Positions 8,793-18,106 of a stretch of 64,000 nt of DNA are shown piece after piece (within the stretch, counting starts at the first letter, position 1; each line of letters starts with the position of its first letter). Origin of the DNA: Deltaproteobacteria bacterium (GTDB taxonomy: Bacteria > Myxococcota > Kuafuiibacteriia > Kuafuiibacteriales > Kuafuiibacteriaceae); NCBI GenBank assembly GCA_040218735.1, contig JAVJQW010000041.1, positions 224,001 to 288,000 of the forward strand. The letters are read 5' to 3'. A program made the position numbers and the translations under genes. Below the pieces are notes generated by a model. The model was not told where the DNA came from. It did not search any database and was given only the letters and a program-made list of their open reading frames with translations.

Positions 8793-10501
8793 TGCGCCGA
8801 CTCCTGCTTACGCTCGCGCTCCTCGTTCCGTCGTCCGCCGAGGCCAGCGGCCTCGACGTCGCGAAATGGCTCCGTCGCCCTGGCGTGAAGCTCCTCGCGG
8901 TCGAGTTCTACGCGACGTGGTGCAAGCCGTGTATGGAGGCCGTGCCCCAGTGGAAGGCGCTCCACGAGCGGTACAAGAAGGACGGCCTGCGTCTGGTCGT
9001 CGTCGCGACGCAGGACCCGCAGGGCGGCTGCGTGAACCCGGGCTGGAACCCGGACGACGTGGTGTGTGACGACGAGGGCCTCCTCGCGGAGCGCTTCGGC
9101 GCCAACTCACTCCCGTCGGCGTTCCTGTGGACTTGGCAAGGTGGCTTGCTCGTCCGGCAGAAACACGTCGACGAGGTGGAGCGCAGCGTCGAGCGGTGGC
9201 TGAAGACGACGCCGCGGGTGGACGTCGGGGTCGAGGGGCTCCCGCGCGGCGTCGGCATCAACCGCGGCGCGCTCGAAGACCTGGTGCGCGCGCGGCTGCG
9301 CGACGAGGACAAACTGATCGTCGTCGCGAGCGAGGCGGAGCGCAAACAGCTCGACGTCATCCGGCGGCGGGCGTTGTCCGAGCGCTACGACCAGTCGTCG
9401 GCGTGTGAGATCGGGATGGAGCTGTCCGCGAACTCACTCCTGCAAGTCTCCGTGACGTCCGGGCGCCGGAAGCTCCTGCGCCTCGGGCTGCTCTCCGCGG
9501 AGAAGGGGTGCCTGATCGGTAGCGCGGTGGTGGACTGGAACGCCGCGAAGCCGGCCGTCGCGGTGGCGGAGGGCGTCGCCGAGCTGATGGCGAAGCTGCG
9601 CGCTCCGCCGCAGATGCCGTGGCTGAAGGACGCGTCGGGTCGCCAGACGAAGGCGCTGTCGTCGTACGAGCGCATGGCGCGGGAGCTCGAAGCGGAGAAG
9701 GCGCGGTCGAAGCGCCTCGAGGAGGCGTGGCGCGTGGTGAAGGACTTCGCGGCGGCGCGGACGATCGACCGGGCGCGGCGCGCGTCGGCGGTCGAGGGGT
9801 TCCTGAACGACTTCCCGAAGAACAACCCGCACGAAGGCGAGGCCCGGACGCTGCTCGCGACGCTGCGGCCCAAGGCGTCTCCGCCGCCTCCGTCTCCGCC
9901 TCCGCCTCCGCCGCCGAAGGCGGTGGCCTCGGGCGACCGGGACTTCGACGGGATCCGCGACGCCGACGACGTGTGCCCTACGCTCGCGGAGGATCGCGAC
10001 GGGTTCGAGGACGAGGACGGCTGCCCCGATCCCGACAACGATCGCGATGGCATCGCGGACACGGTGGACAAGTGCCCGGGGGCCCCCGAGACCAAGAACG
10101 GGTTCGAGGACGAAGATGGGTGTCCCGACCAGCCCAAGGTGGTGCGGGTCACGGGCCGCCGCATCGAGATCCTCGACAAGGTGTACTTCAAGCGGGGGCG
10201 GGCGACGATCCTGAAGAAGAGCCTGCCCACGCTCGACGACCTCGCGCGGACCCTGAAGAGCAACCCGCAGATCCGGAAGCTGGAGATCTCCGGGCACACC
10301 GACAACCGCGGCGCTTCGCGACTCAACAAGCTGCTCTCCGAACGCCGCGCGAAGGCCGTCCGCGTGTACCTGATGAAGCGCGGTGTCTCCGGCGATCGTC
10401 TCGTCGCCGTCGGCTACGGCGAAGAGAAGCCGATCGCCTCCAACGCCACGGAGGAAGGACGCGAGCGCAACCGGCGCATCGAGTTCTTCGTCCGCGACTG
10501 A
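8792..10501 (+). CDS. Exported thioredoxin(TlpA)-like + TSP3 Ca-binding repeats + OmpA-C peptidoglycan-binding protein
   Basis: Start moved to GTG 8792 (overlaps TAG); signal peptide; FYATWCKPC; Pro linker; DRDFDGI.D..D.CP repeats; GHTD...LSERRA...NRRIEF. Confidence 0.85.
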   Translation: MRRLLLTLALLVPSSAEASGLDVAKWLRRPGVKLLAVEFYATWCKPCMEAVPQWKALHERYKKDGLRLVVVATQDPQGGCVNPGWNPDDVVCDDEGLLAERFGANSLPSAFLWTWQGGLLVRQKHVDEVERSVERWLKTTPRVDVGVEGLPRGVGINRGALEDLVRARLRDEDKLIVVASEAERKQLDVIRRRALSERYDQSSACEIGMELSANSLLQVSVTSGRRKLLRLGLLSAEKGCLIGSAVVDWNAAKPAVAVAEGVAELMAKLRAPPQMPWLKDASGRQTKALSSYERMARELEAEKARSKRLEEAWRVVKDFAAARTIDRARRASAVEGFLNDFPKNNPHEGEARTLLATLRPKASPPPPSPPPPPPPKAVASGDRDFDGIRDADDVCPTLAEDRDGFEDEDGCPDPDNDRDGIADTVDKCPGAPETKNGFEDEDGCPDQPKVVRVTGRRIEILDKVYFKRGRATILKKSLPTLDDLARTLKSNPQIRKLEISGHTDNRGASRLNKLLSERRAKAVRVYLMKRGVSGDRLVAVGYGEEKPIASNATEEGRERNRRIEFFVRD

Positions 10502-10504
10502 CGC

Positions 10505-10726
10505 TCAACGCCGCCGGCCCTCGCGGGGGCCCTTCACCCGGTACAGGAACTCGAAGTCGTGCGCGGTCTTCTTCCACCGCCACTCCCTCGGGAGCTCCTT
10601 CGCATGCACCGGCCGTGGCCGCACGGACTCCGCGATTCGGGCCGCGATGGCGTCGGCGAGGCCGAGCACGAAGGTCAGCGCGAGCAGGAGCCCCAGCAGC
10701 CGGGGCGCGGTGCGTCGTGTCGTCAT
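10505..10726 (-). CDS. Small hypothetical membrane/exported protein divergent from the MocR regulator
   Basis: 73-aa ORF with hydrophobic N-terminal segment; fills the gap between flanking genes. Confidence 0.55.
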   Translation of the reverse strand: MTTRRTAPRLLGLLLALTFVLGLADAIAARIAESVRPRPVHAKELPREWRWKKTAHDFEFLYRVKGPREGRRR

Positions 10727-10755
10727 GCAGTCGAGGTTCGGCGATCAGCTGTGAA

Positions 10756-10796
10756 CTAAACAGATACAGATTGTTCGAAATGTAACCTAAACAGAT
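10756..10796. promoter_or_regulatory. Putative MocR operator: direct repeat CTAAACAGAT
   Basis: Identical 10-mers at 10756-10765 and 10787-10796 (31-bp period) in an AT-rich divergent intergenic region. Confidence 0.6.
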
Positions 10797-10832
10797 GTCG
10801 ACAGCCGACCTCGTCCAGGTCACGATGGAAAC

Positions 10833-12248
10833 GTGTCGCGCGCCGATACCTTCCTGTACCAGCAGGTCCTCGAGACCGTTCGGGGGCGCATCGAGAGCGG
10901 CGCGCTGCGCGTCGGCGACAAGCTCCCCTCTCTGCGGCGGCTCTCGTCGGAGATGGACGTCAGCGTCCCCACCGTGCGGCAGGCGTACGTCGAGCTCGAA
11001 CGGGAGGGCCGCGTCGAGGCACGACCCAAGTCGGGTTACTTCGTCACGCCGACGGAGGCCCGCGGTCTCCTCCGCAAACACGGAAGGCAGCCGGCGCCGA
11101 CGAGCGTTCGCTGCTGTTCACTGATCGACGAGGTCTACGCCGGCGCCGCGCGCCCCGGTGTCCTGAACCTTGCGACCGCGAACCCGTCGATGGCGTGCCC
11201 GGCGACCAAGACGCTGCACCGCGCGATGAAACGCGTGATGAACCGAGCCGAGGAGCGAAGCCTCGCGTACGCCCCGACGGTCGGGGACCCGGCGCTCCGC
11301 CGACAGATCGCGTTCCGCTACCTCACGCAGGGCGGCTCGATCGATCCCGAGCAGGTCATCATCACCAACGGTGCGCAGGAGGCGCTCTCGCTCGCGCTCC
11401 GTGCCGTCGCAGGGCCGGGCGACGTCATCGCCGTCGAGAGCCCGTCGTACCACGGCCAACTCGAGATGATCGAAGCGTTCGACATGCTCGCGCTCGAGAT
11501 CGAGACCTGCCCCGAGGAAGGCATCGAGCTCGACGCCCTCGAACGCGCGTTCAAGTCGCACAGCGTGAAGGTGTGCATGTTCTCCTCGGCGATCAACAAC
11601 CCGCTCGGATCGAGGATGTCGGACGCCAAACGCAAAGCGCTGGTCGAGCTGTGCGAGCGCTACGGCGTCCCGCTGATCGAGGACGACGTCTACGGCGATC
11701 TCTCGTTCGACGGCTGCCGCCCGCACCCCGCGCAGCTGTTCGCGAAGAAGGGCCTCGTGGTGACGTGTTCGTCGTTCTCCAAGACCGTCGCACCTGGGTA
11801 CCGCATCGGGTGGCTCGTCGCGGACCGCTACCTCGCGCAGCTCGCCGCCGCGAAGCGCGCGAACTCGTGCTCCTCGGGCCTCCTGCAGCAGATGACACTC
11901 ACCGACTTCATCGGCTCCGGCGACTACGAGCGCTACCGCCTACGGCTGGTCGCAGCGTTGAAGCAGAACTCGATGTGCGGCTCCTCGGTCGTGGCGCGCA
12001 TGTTCCCGAAGGACACGCGGATGTCGCGGCCCCAGGGGGGCTCCGTGCTGTGGATCGAGGTCCCGGGCGTCGACTCCGTCGAGCTCTTCCGCGCGGCCCT
12101 CGGCGAGGGCGTCGCCATCATGCCGGGGACGATCTTCGCCGCGAAGAACCGCTACAAGAACTTCATCCGCGTGAGCTTCGGCTGCCCGTGGCCCGAGGTC
12201 GATCGCGGACTCGAGACACTCGGCGCGATCGCGACACGGCTCAGCTGA
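10833..12248 (+). CDS. MocR/GabR-family GntR regulator with PLP aminotransferase domain
   Basis: GntR wHTH (KLPSLR..S...VSV.TV.QAY..LE); IEDDVYGD; SSFSKTVAPGYRIGW. Confidence 0.95.
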   Translation: MSRADTFLYQQVLETVRGRIESGALRVGDKLPSLRRLSSEMDVSVPTVRQAYVELEREGRVEARPKSGYFVTPTEARGLLRKHGRQPAPTSVRCCSLIDEVYAGAARPGVLNLATANPSMACPATKTLHRAMKRVMNRAEERSLAYAPTVGDPALRRQIAFRYLTQGGSIDPEQVIITNGAQEALSLALRAVAGPGDVIAVESPSYHGQLEMIEAFDMLALEIETCPEEGIELDALERAFKSHSVKVCMFSSAINNPLGSRMSDAKRKALVELCERYGVPLIEDDVYGDLSFDGCRPHPAQLFAKKGLVVTCSSFSKTVAPGYRIGWLVADRYLAQLAAAKRANSCSSGLLQQMTLTDFIGSGDYERYRLRLVAALKQNSMCGSSVVARMFPKDTRMSRPQGGSVLWIEVPGVDSVELFRAALGEGVAIMPGTIFAAKNRYKNFIRVSFGCPWPEVDRGLETLGAIATRLS

Positions 12249-13329
12249 ACGTCCCGTCCGAAGCGAAGATCTCCGCGGGCGGGTCGTGGTGGATGAACGC
12301 CTGTGGGCTCGCCGTCAGGCCGTACGCGCCCCGCTCCGCGAACACGAACAGGTCGCCGACGCGCGGCGCCGCCACGCGATGATTACCAAACGTGTCCAGC
12401 GGCGTGCAGAGCGGTCCGCAGATCACGACGTCCTCCGGCGGCCCCGACCTCGACACGTTCCTCACGCGAGGCGGGTCACCGCCGACGTGGCCCGTCGCGA
12501 AGAGGTTGTGGTTCAGGCCGCCGTCCAACACCACGAAGCGCGTCCCGCGGCTGTCCTTCACGCTTACGACGCGCGCCACGTAGATCCCGGCGTCCGCGAC
12601 GAGGTGTCGCCCGAGCTCGAACCCCATCGTCGCCGCGCAACCGGTCGCCGCGCGGAACTTGTCGACGGCCGCGCCGAACATCGCGCCGAAGCGCTCCACG
12701 TCGAAGTCCGGCGTCCAGCCGCCGCCGAAGCTCACCCAGTCTACGCCGCCGAGGCGCTCCACCAGATCCAACGTCGCCGTCACGCTGCGCATCACGCCGC
12801 GCGGGCTGTCGATCACCGACCCCGCGAACACCTGAACGCCGATCGGATCGGGCAGCGCCCACAGCGCCTCCTCGTCCACGCCGAACGGCGAGGGCACGCC
12901 GCCCATCGCGACCCGGTACGCGTGCACCCGCGCCCGCGGATTCACGCGCACCGCGCGCGGCGCATACGTACCGATCCGGGCCCACTGGTCCTCGGACTCC
13001 GCGGTGATCCGTGCGCCCGCCGCCTGCGCCGCCGCGATCGCCGATGCCGTCTTGCCCGGACCGCTGAACGTCACCCGCTCCCCCGCGAACCCCGCCGACG
13101 TCGCGATGGCGAGCTCACGCGCCGACGAGACGTCGACACCGTCGAGGATCGGCGCGAGCGCCTCCGCGATCCGAGGGTGTGGGTTGGCCTTCAGCGCGTA
13201 CGCGATCGACGCAGGCACCGCGGCTTTCACCCGCTGGGCCTTCGCGCGGATCGCGTCGAGGTCGTAGAGGAAGAAGGGCGTCCCGAACCGCTCGGTGAGC
13301 GGCCCGAGGATCTCGGCGGTCGGCGTCAG
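12241..13329 (-). CDS. PLP-dependent decarboxylase, LysA/ornithine (group IV) family
   Basis: YALKANP (PLP Lys), GPGK, ELGR.LV, GPLCTPLD, GAYG. The frame extends upstream of the track start (13230) through GTPFFLYD to a CTG at 13329. Confidence 0.85.
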   Translation of the reverse strand: MTPTAEILGPLTERFGTPFFLYDLDAIRAKAQRVKAAVPASIAYALKANPHPRIAEALAPILDGVDVSSARELAIATSAGFAGERVTFSGPGKTASAIAAAQAAGARITAESEDQWARIGTYAPRAVRVNPRARVHAYRVAMGGVPSPFGVDEEALWALPDPIGVQVFAGSVIDSPRGVMRSVTATLDLVERLGGVDWVSFGGGWTPDFDVERFGAMFGAAVDKFRAATGCAATMGFELGRHLVADAGIYVARVVSVKDSRGTRFVVLDGGLNHNLFATGHVGGDPPRVRNVSRSGPPEDVVICGPLCTPLDTFGNHRVAAPRVGDLFVFAERGAYGLTASPQAFIHHDPPAEIFASDGTFS

Positions 13330-16253
13330 CGCCGCCGCCGCACCACGAGGCCGAGCACGAGCAGGAGCGCGACCGCTGCACCGCCGCGCCGGTCGGTCGT
13401 CGAGCAGCCGCAGCCGCTCCCGTCCTCGTCGAGCATGTTCGCGTTCGGATCGATCGCCGGCGTCACGATGCAGGAAGCCTCGCAGCCGTCGCCGTCCACG
13501 GTGTTGCCGTCGTCGCAGGCTTCGTTCATCTCCACCGCGCCGTTGCCGCAGATCGGCGCCGGGCTGATCGTGCAGTCGAGCTCGCAGCCGTCCAGCGGGA
13601 GCTGGTTGCCGTCGTCGCAGGCCTCACCCTGGCCGACTTCGCCGTCGCCGCACACCACGGAGGGGCCGTCCCACGCCACGATGCAGACGTCGTCGATCGT
13701 CCAGCCGCCGGTGTCGCTCCGGAACTGATCCGTGCGCATCGAGAACTCGACGTTCACTTCGCCCGAGGCGGCCGCCGCGCTCAGGTCGACGTCGTGGAAG
13801 CGCCACTCGCGGTCGAGGTGGTGCACGCGGTCGCCGCCGCTCGCGAGGTTCGACCAGACGACCTCGCCGTTGGCGTAGATCTCCGCCTGGTCGTTGTCGC
13901 CGTCTTCGACGAGCAGCCAACGCCGGTACTGGAGCCGGATGTTCGGGGAGGTCACCGGGATCGGCGGCGCACGCATGACCTCGGTCTTCGCGCGCTCGTA
14001 CCGACCGTCGCTGTCGCCGCCGAGGTCCTGCCCGATGACCCGCGTGCCGGAGTAGGCCGTCAGCGGATCGCCGCTGCCCCAACCCTCGCGCGGGATGCCC
14101 CACTCCCACTCCAGCTGGTTGCGCTGGCGATCGGACTGGGTCATCTCGGCGGTCCAACCGTCCGCGAAGGGATCGTTCTCGAAGTCGGTGCAGTACAGCT
14201 CCGTCACCTCGCCGAGGAACATCTCGTACATCGGGTCGGCGTCGTTGTTCGGCCACTGGAGGATGCGCCCGCTGCCGAGCTCGAGCTCGATGCGGTAGCG
14301 GAGCACCTCGCCCTCAGGGCTCCTCGGTAGGACGGCGCCGAAGCCGTCCGGCGTACGCGCCATGTCGACCTCGGTGTAGGTCTCGGGCTGCCCGCGGATC
14401 TCGTGGGTGACCGTCGCGCGAACGTACTCGGCGCCCGGGCAGAGCGCCTCACCCGCGCTGACCGGCAGCAGGATGCCGCCGCGCTCGACGATCATCTCCC
14501 CGAGCTCCGGCCCCGGCGTGTAGCCGAGCGCGATCCCGTGCAGCTCGAACGCCGCCGTGATGTCGCAGAGGTTCGGCGTCCCGTTCGAGAGGTTCCCGTC
14601 GTCGTCGTCCGCGAGCACGACCTCGACGTAGGCGTTCGTGATCCCGCTCGAGCGCTGCAGCGTGGCGAACCAGAAGTCGTCGACCATCCGCACCGCCGTC
14701 TCCATGCCGTGTTTCTCGATCATCGTCTTGCGCAGGTCCCACAGCGCGCCCGCGAAGATCAGGCCCGTGACGTGCGACTCACCGACGTCCTCCGGGTAGA
14801 CGGCTTCGTCGTTGAGGGGGTCGATGTGGCGGAGCGGGTCGTCGGTGCGGAAGAAGCCGCGCCCCATGCCCGGGTCGTTGACGATCGTCGCCGCGAGGAA
14901 GTCCGAGGCGCCCTCGGAGAGCGCGGAGTCGAACGCACCGACGCCCGGGATGACGGCGTTGGCGTGGACCGCGTGACCGTACTCGTGGCGCACGACGTCG
15001 GGGAGGCGCCCCGTGTTCTCGCAGCGCTCGCTCGACAGGAAGAAGTTGATCGTCATGCCGTCCGAGAACGCGTTGCACTCGTTGTCGATGTTCACGGTCG
15101 CCTCGAGCGGCTGGTCCAGGAACCGCATCGTCGGCGCGATGACCTTCACGTAGTCGCGTGCGTCCTGCGACGCCATGTACGTGATCACCTGGGCGTCGAC
15201 CTCTTCGTCGCCGCGCGGATCCCAGATCACGGTGCCGCCGTCCTCGACGGGGAGCGTCGCGGAGGCTTCGGGGCCGGAGTCGTTCAGCACGAAGGCGTGG
15301 CGACCCGATGCGCGCACGACGACCTCGGTCGTGCTCGCGGTGAACGTGAAGGCGCCGTCGGCGTCGGTGCGGACGTCCGTGCCGGCGATCGTCATGTCGG
15401 TGAGCGGCGCGACGTGGTTCACGCGCGGGAAGAGCTCGGTCGGGCGACGCCCGGGGATCGCGTACTGGAGGTTCGCGCCCGCGAACATCAGCGTCTGGCG
15501 GCGCGCGAAGCGGTCACCGTCGAGCGTGACGTCGACCTCCCACCGGCCGATGTTCTCGGTGGTGCGGACGATGACGCGGCGGACGCGCGCGGCGCGGACG
15601 GTGCCGTCCTCGAGCACCACGGCGCGGACGAGCGGCGCCGACACGTGCTCGATGCGGCCCGCCTCGCCGATGTCGTCGAAGACCCACTGCTTCGCGACGT
15701 TCGCGGCCGCGATCGAGGAGAGCGTCTGCTTCGCGGCGGGGACCGCGAGGTTCGGCCAGGCTTCGCCGCGCAGGACGACGAGGCGATCGTGTTTGAAGGA
15801 GAAGCTCACCTGTCCGCCGTCGACGCGCAGGCCTTCGTGGTTCTGCACGAAGCCGACGCTGCGCACGCCGTCCTTGGACAGCACGTTGGCGGACAGCTCG
15901 AAGTCCTCGGCGCGCGCGCCCGGGGCGAGCAGGTCGATGTGCGTACGCAGCGCGCTGCGGGCGAAGGTCTCGGCGACGGTTTTGTCGGCGACGCTGCCCG
16001 GCGCGGGGATGCCGGAGCCCCAGATGCGGGGGGGGGCACCGGTGTCGGCGTCGTAGATCGCCCGCCATCGTCCGCCGGCGGCGTCGACGAAGCGGTCCCA
16101 GGCCGCCTTGTCGCGGGGGCTCGCGGCGACGCGGGGGGCCGAGCGAGCGGTGCCCTCACCGAGCGTGGTGACGGTGGGCGAGCTGGATTGGAAGGCGGCC
16201 GCGGGGGAAGCGACGGCGACGCCGATCAGGGCCAAGGCGAGCTTGCGGATCAT
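13326..16253 (-). CDS. Secreted M4/M36-like zinc metallopeptidase with Cys-rich repeats and MYXO-CTERM tail
   Basis: Signal peptide; propeptide; HEYGH...SEG.SD; CG(D/N)G..E.CDDGN repeats; GCGCSTT-TM-RRRR. Confidence 0.9.
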   Translation of the reverse strand: MIRKLALALIGVAVASPAAAFQSSSPTVTTLGEGTARSAPRVAASPRDKAAWDRFVDAAGGRWRAIYDADTGAPPRIWGSGIPAPGSVADKTVAETFARSALRTHIDLLAPGARAEDFELSANVLSKDGVRSVGFVQNHEGLRVDGGQVSFSFKHDRLVVLRGEAWPNLAVPAAKQTLSSIAAANVAKQWVFDDIGEAGRIEHVSAPLVRAVVLEDGTVRAARVRRVIVRTTENIGRWEVDVTLDGDRFARRQTLMFAGANLQYAIPGRRPTELFPRVNHVAPLTDMTIAGTDVRTDADGAFTFTASTTEVVVRASGRHAFVLNDSGPEASATLPVEDGGTVIWDPRGDEEVDAQVITYMASQDARDYVKVIAPTMRFLDQPLEATVNIDNECNAFSDGMTINFFLSSERCENTGRLPDVVRHEYGHAVHANAVIPGVGAFDSALSEGASDFLAATIVNDPGMGRGFFRTDDPLRHIDPLNDEAVYPEDVGESHVTGLIFAGALWDLRKTMIEKHGMETAVRMVDDFWFATLQRSSGITNAYVEVVLADDDDGNLSNGTPNLCDITAAFELHGIALGYTPGPELGEMIVERGGILLPVSAGEALCPGAEYVRATVTHEIRGQPETYTEVDMARTPDGFGAVLPRSPEGEVLRYRIELELGSGRILQWPNNDADPMYEMFLGEVTELYCTDFENDPFADGWTAEMTQSDRQRNQLEWEWGIPREGWGSGDPLTAYSGTRVIGQDLGGDSDGRYERAKTEVMRAPPIPVTSPNIRLQYRRWLLVEDGDNDQAEIYANGEVVWSNLASGGDRVHHLDREWRFHDVDLSAAAASGEVNVEFSMRTDQFRSDTGGWTIDDVCIVAWDGPSVVCGDGEVGQGEACDDGNQLPLDGCELDCTISPAPICGNGAVEMNEACDDGNTVDGDGCEASCIVTPAIDPNANMLDEDGSGCGCSTTDRRGGAAVALLLVLGLVVRRRR

Positions 16254-16366
16254 GTATGGCGGACGCTTGTGGTCGACGTGGCTCGTCGAAGCAAGCGAAT
16301 TGCGAGTCGGTCGGTCGTCCGAGGCGACCCTTCCCCACCTTTTGGGCCTGTGGCAGCGTGCGCGCC

Positions 16367-18106
16367 GTGCACGTCCTCGTCATCAACTGCGGCTCCTCCA
16401 GCGTGAAGTACCGACTCCTCGAACCCGACTCGGGCGCGGTCGCGGTGAGCGGGAAGATCGAGCGTGTGGCGGCCGACGGGTTCGAAGCCGCGGTCGCCGA
16501 GGTCCTCCAAGCCTGCGCGGATCATCGGATCGACGCGGTGGGTCATCGGGTCGTCCACGGCGGGGATCGCTTCTTCGAGGCCACGCGGATCGACGCGGAG
16601 GTCGAAGGCGCCATCGAGGCCAACGTCCCGCTCGCGCCGCTGCACAACCCCGCGAACCTCGCGGGCATCCGCGCCGCCCGCGCCGCGCTCCCCGACGCGG
16701 TGCACGTCGCGGTGTTCGACACCGCGTTCCACAACCGGATGCCCCGCCGCGCGACGACCTACGCGATCGATCCCGAGGCGCTCCCCGGCGCGCGTCGGTT
16801 CGGCTTTCACGGGACGTCGCACCAGTACGTCGCGAAGCTCGCCGCCGAGCACCTGCGCCGACCCATCGAAGAGCTCCGCCTGATCAGCTGCCACCTCGGC
16901 AACGGCGCGAGTGTCTGCGCCGTCGAGTACGGCCACTCCGTCGAGACGAGCATGGGCATGACCCCGCTGGAGGGCCTCGTGATGGGCACCCGCAGCGGCG
17001 ACCTCGATCCCGGGCTCGTCCTCTCCCTCGCGCGCGCACACGGGGTCGACGAGACCGACGCGCTGCTCAACCAGACCAGCGGGCTCTCGGGGCTGTCGGG
17101 CGTGGGGCGCGACCTGCGCGACGTCGAGGCGGCGGCCGAAGCGGGCAACGACCGCGCGCGCCTCGCGATCACGGTCTTCGCGCACCGCGTGAAGAAGTAC
17201 ATCGGCGCGTACGCAGCGACGATGGGTGGCGTCGACGCCATCGTGTTGACCGGCGGCATCGGCGAGAACGCCGCAGCGATGCGACGCCGCATCCTGCAGC
17301 GCCTCGACTGGTTCGGCGTCGTGCTCGACGAGGACCGCAACGCCGCCGCGCGGGTCTCCGACGAAGAGCCGGTGTTCGAGGTCAGCGCGGCCAACGCACG
17401 CACCAAGGCGCTGGTGGTGAAGACCAACGAGGAGCGGCGTATCGCGCAGGAGACGGCGGAGGTCGTCCGCGGCGCGCACGACGTCGCCGCGAAGAAGCCG
17501 ATCCCGATCGCGGTGAGCGCGCGACACCTCCACCTCACGAAGGAGACGTTTGCGTCGCTGTTCGGCCCCGACGCCGAGCTCACGAAGTACAAGGACATCT
17601 CGCAGCCCGGCCAATACGCGAGCGAGCAGAAGGTCACGCTCGTCGGGCCGCGCGCGCGCATCGAAGGGGTGCGAGTGCTCGGTCCGCTGCGGCCGAAGAA
17701 CCAGGTCGAGATCTCGCGCACCGACGAGTTCAAGCTCGGGGTCGACGCGCCGGTCCGGCGCTCCGGCCACGTCGAGGCCTCCGCCCCCATCACGCTGGAG
17801 GGCCCGGCCGGGACGGTGCACCTGGAGGAGGGCCTGATCTGCGCCTGGCGCCACATCCACATGACGCCCGAGGACGCCGAGCTGCACGGCGTGAAGAACG
17901 GCGACAACGTCGAGGTCGCGGTTCGCGGCGGGCCTCGGGACCTCGTGTTCGGCGACGTCCTGGTCCGCGTGAGCGAGAAGTACGTGACCGAGATGCACAT
18001 CGACACCGACGAAGCCAACGCCGCCGAGATCATGCGCGGCGCGGGCGGCGAGCTGATCTACACCCCGGCCGATACCGCGACCGCCGGCATCACGAGTAAG
18101 AGATGA
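16367..18106 (+). CDS. ackA: Acetate/propionate kinase fused to PduL-type phosphotransacylase
   Basis: AckA motifs INCGSSS, GHRVVHGG, PLHNP, FGFHGTSH, HLGNGAS, TGGIGEN, TNEE; then PduL motifs SARHLH, QVEISRTD, RHIHM, MHIDTDEANAA. Start moved to GTG 16367. Confidence 0.92.
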   Translation: MHVLVINCGSSSVKYRLLEPDSGAVAVSGKIERVAADGFEAAVAEVLQACADHRIDAVGHRVVHGGDRFFEATRIDAEVEGAIEANVPLAPLHNPANLAGIRAARAALPDAVHVAVFDTAFHNRMPRRATTYAIDPEALPGARRFGFHGTSHQYVAKLAAEHLRRPIEELRLISCHLGNGASVCAVEYGHSVETSMGMTPLEGLVMGTRSGDLDPGLVLSLARAHGVDETDALLNQTSGLSGLSGVGRDLRDVEAAAEAGNDRARLAITVFAHRVKKYIGAYAATMGGVDAIVLTGGIGENAAAMRRRILQRLDWFGVVLDEDRNAAARVSDEEPVFEVSAANARTKALVVKTNEERRIAQETAEVVRGAHDVAAKKPIPIAVSARHLHLTKETFASLFGPDAELTKYKDISQPGQYASEQKVTLVGPRARIEGVRVLGPLRPKNQVEISRTDEFKLGVDAPVRRSGHVEASAPITLEGPAGTVHLEEGLICAWRHIHMTPEDAELHGVKNGDNVEVAVRGGPRDLVFGDVLVRVSEKYVTEMHIDTDEANAAEIMRGAGGELIYTPADTATAGITSKR

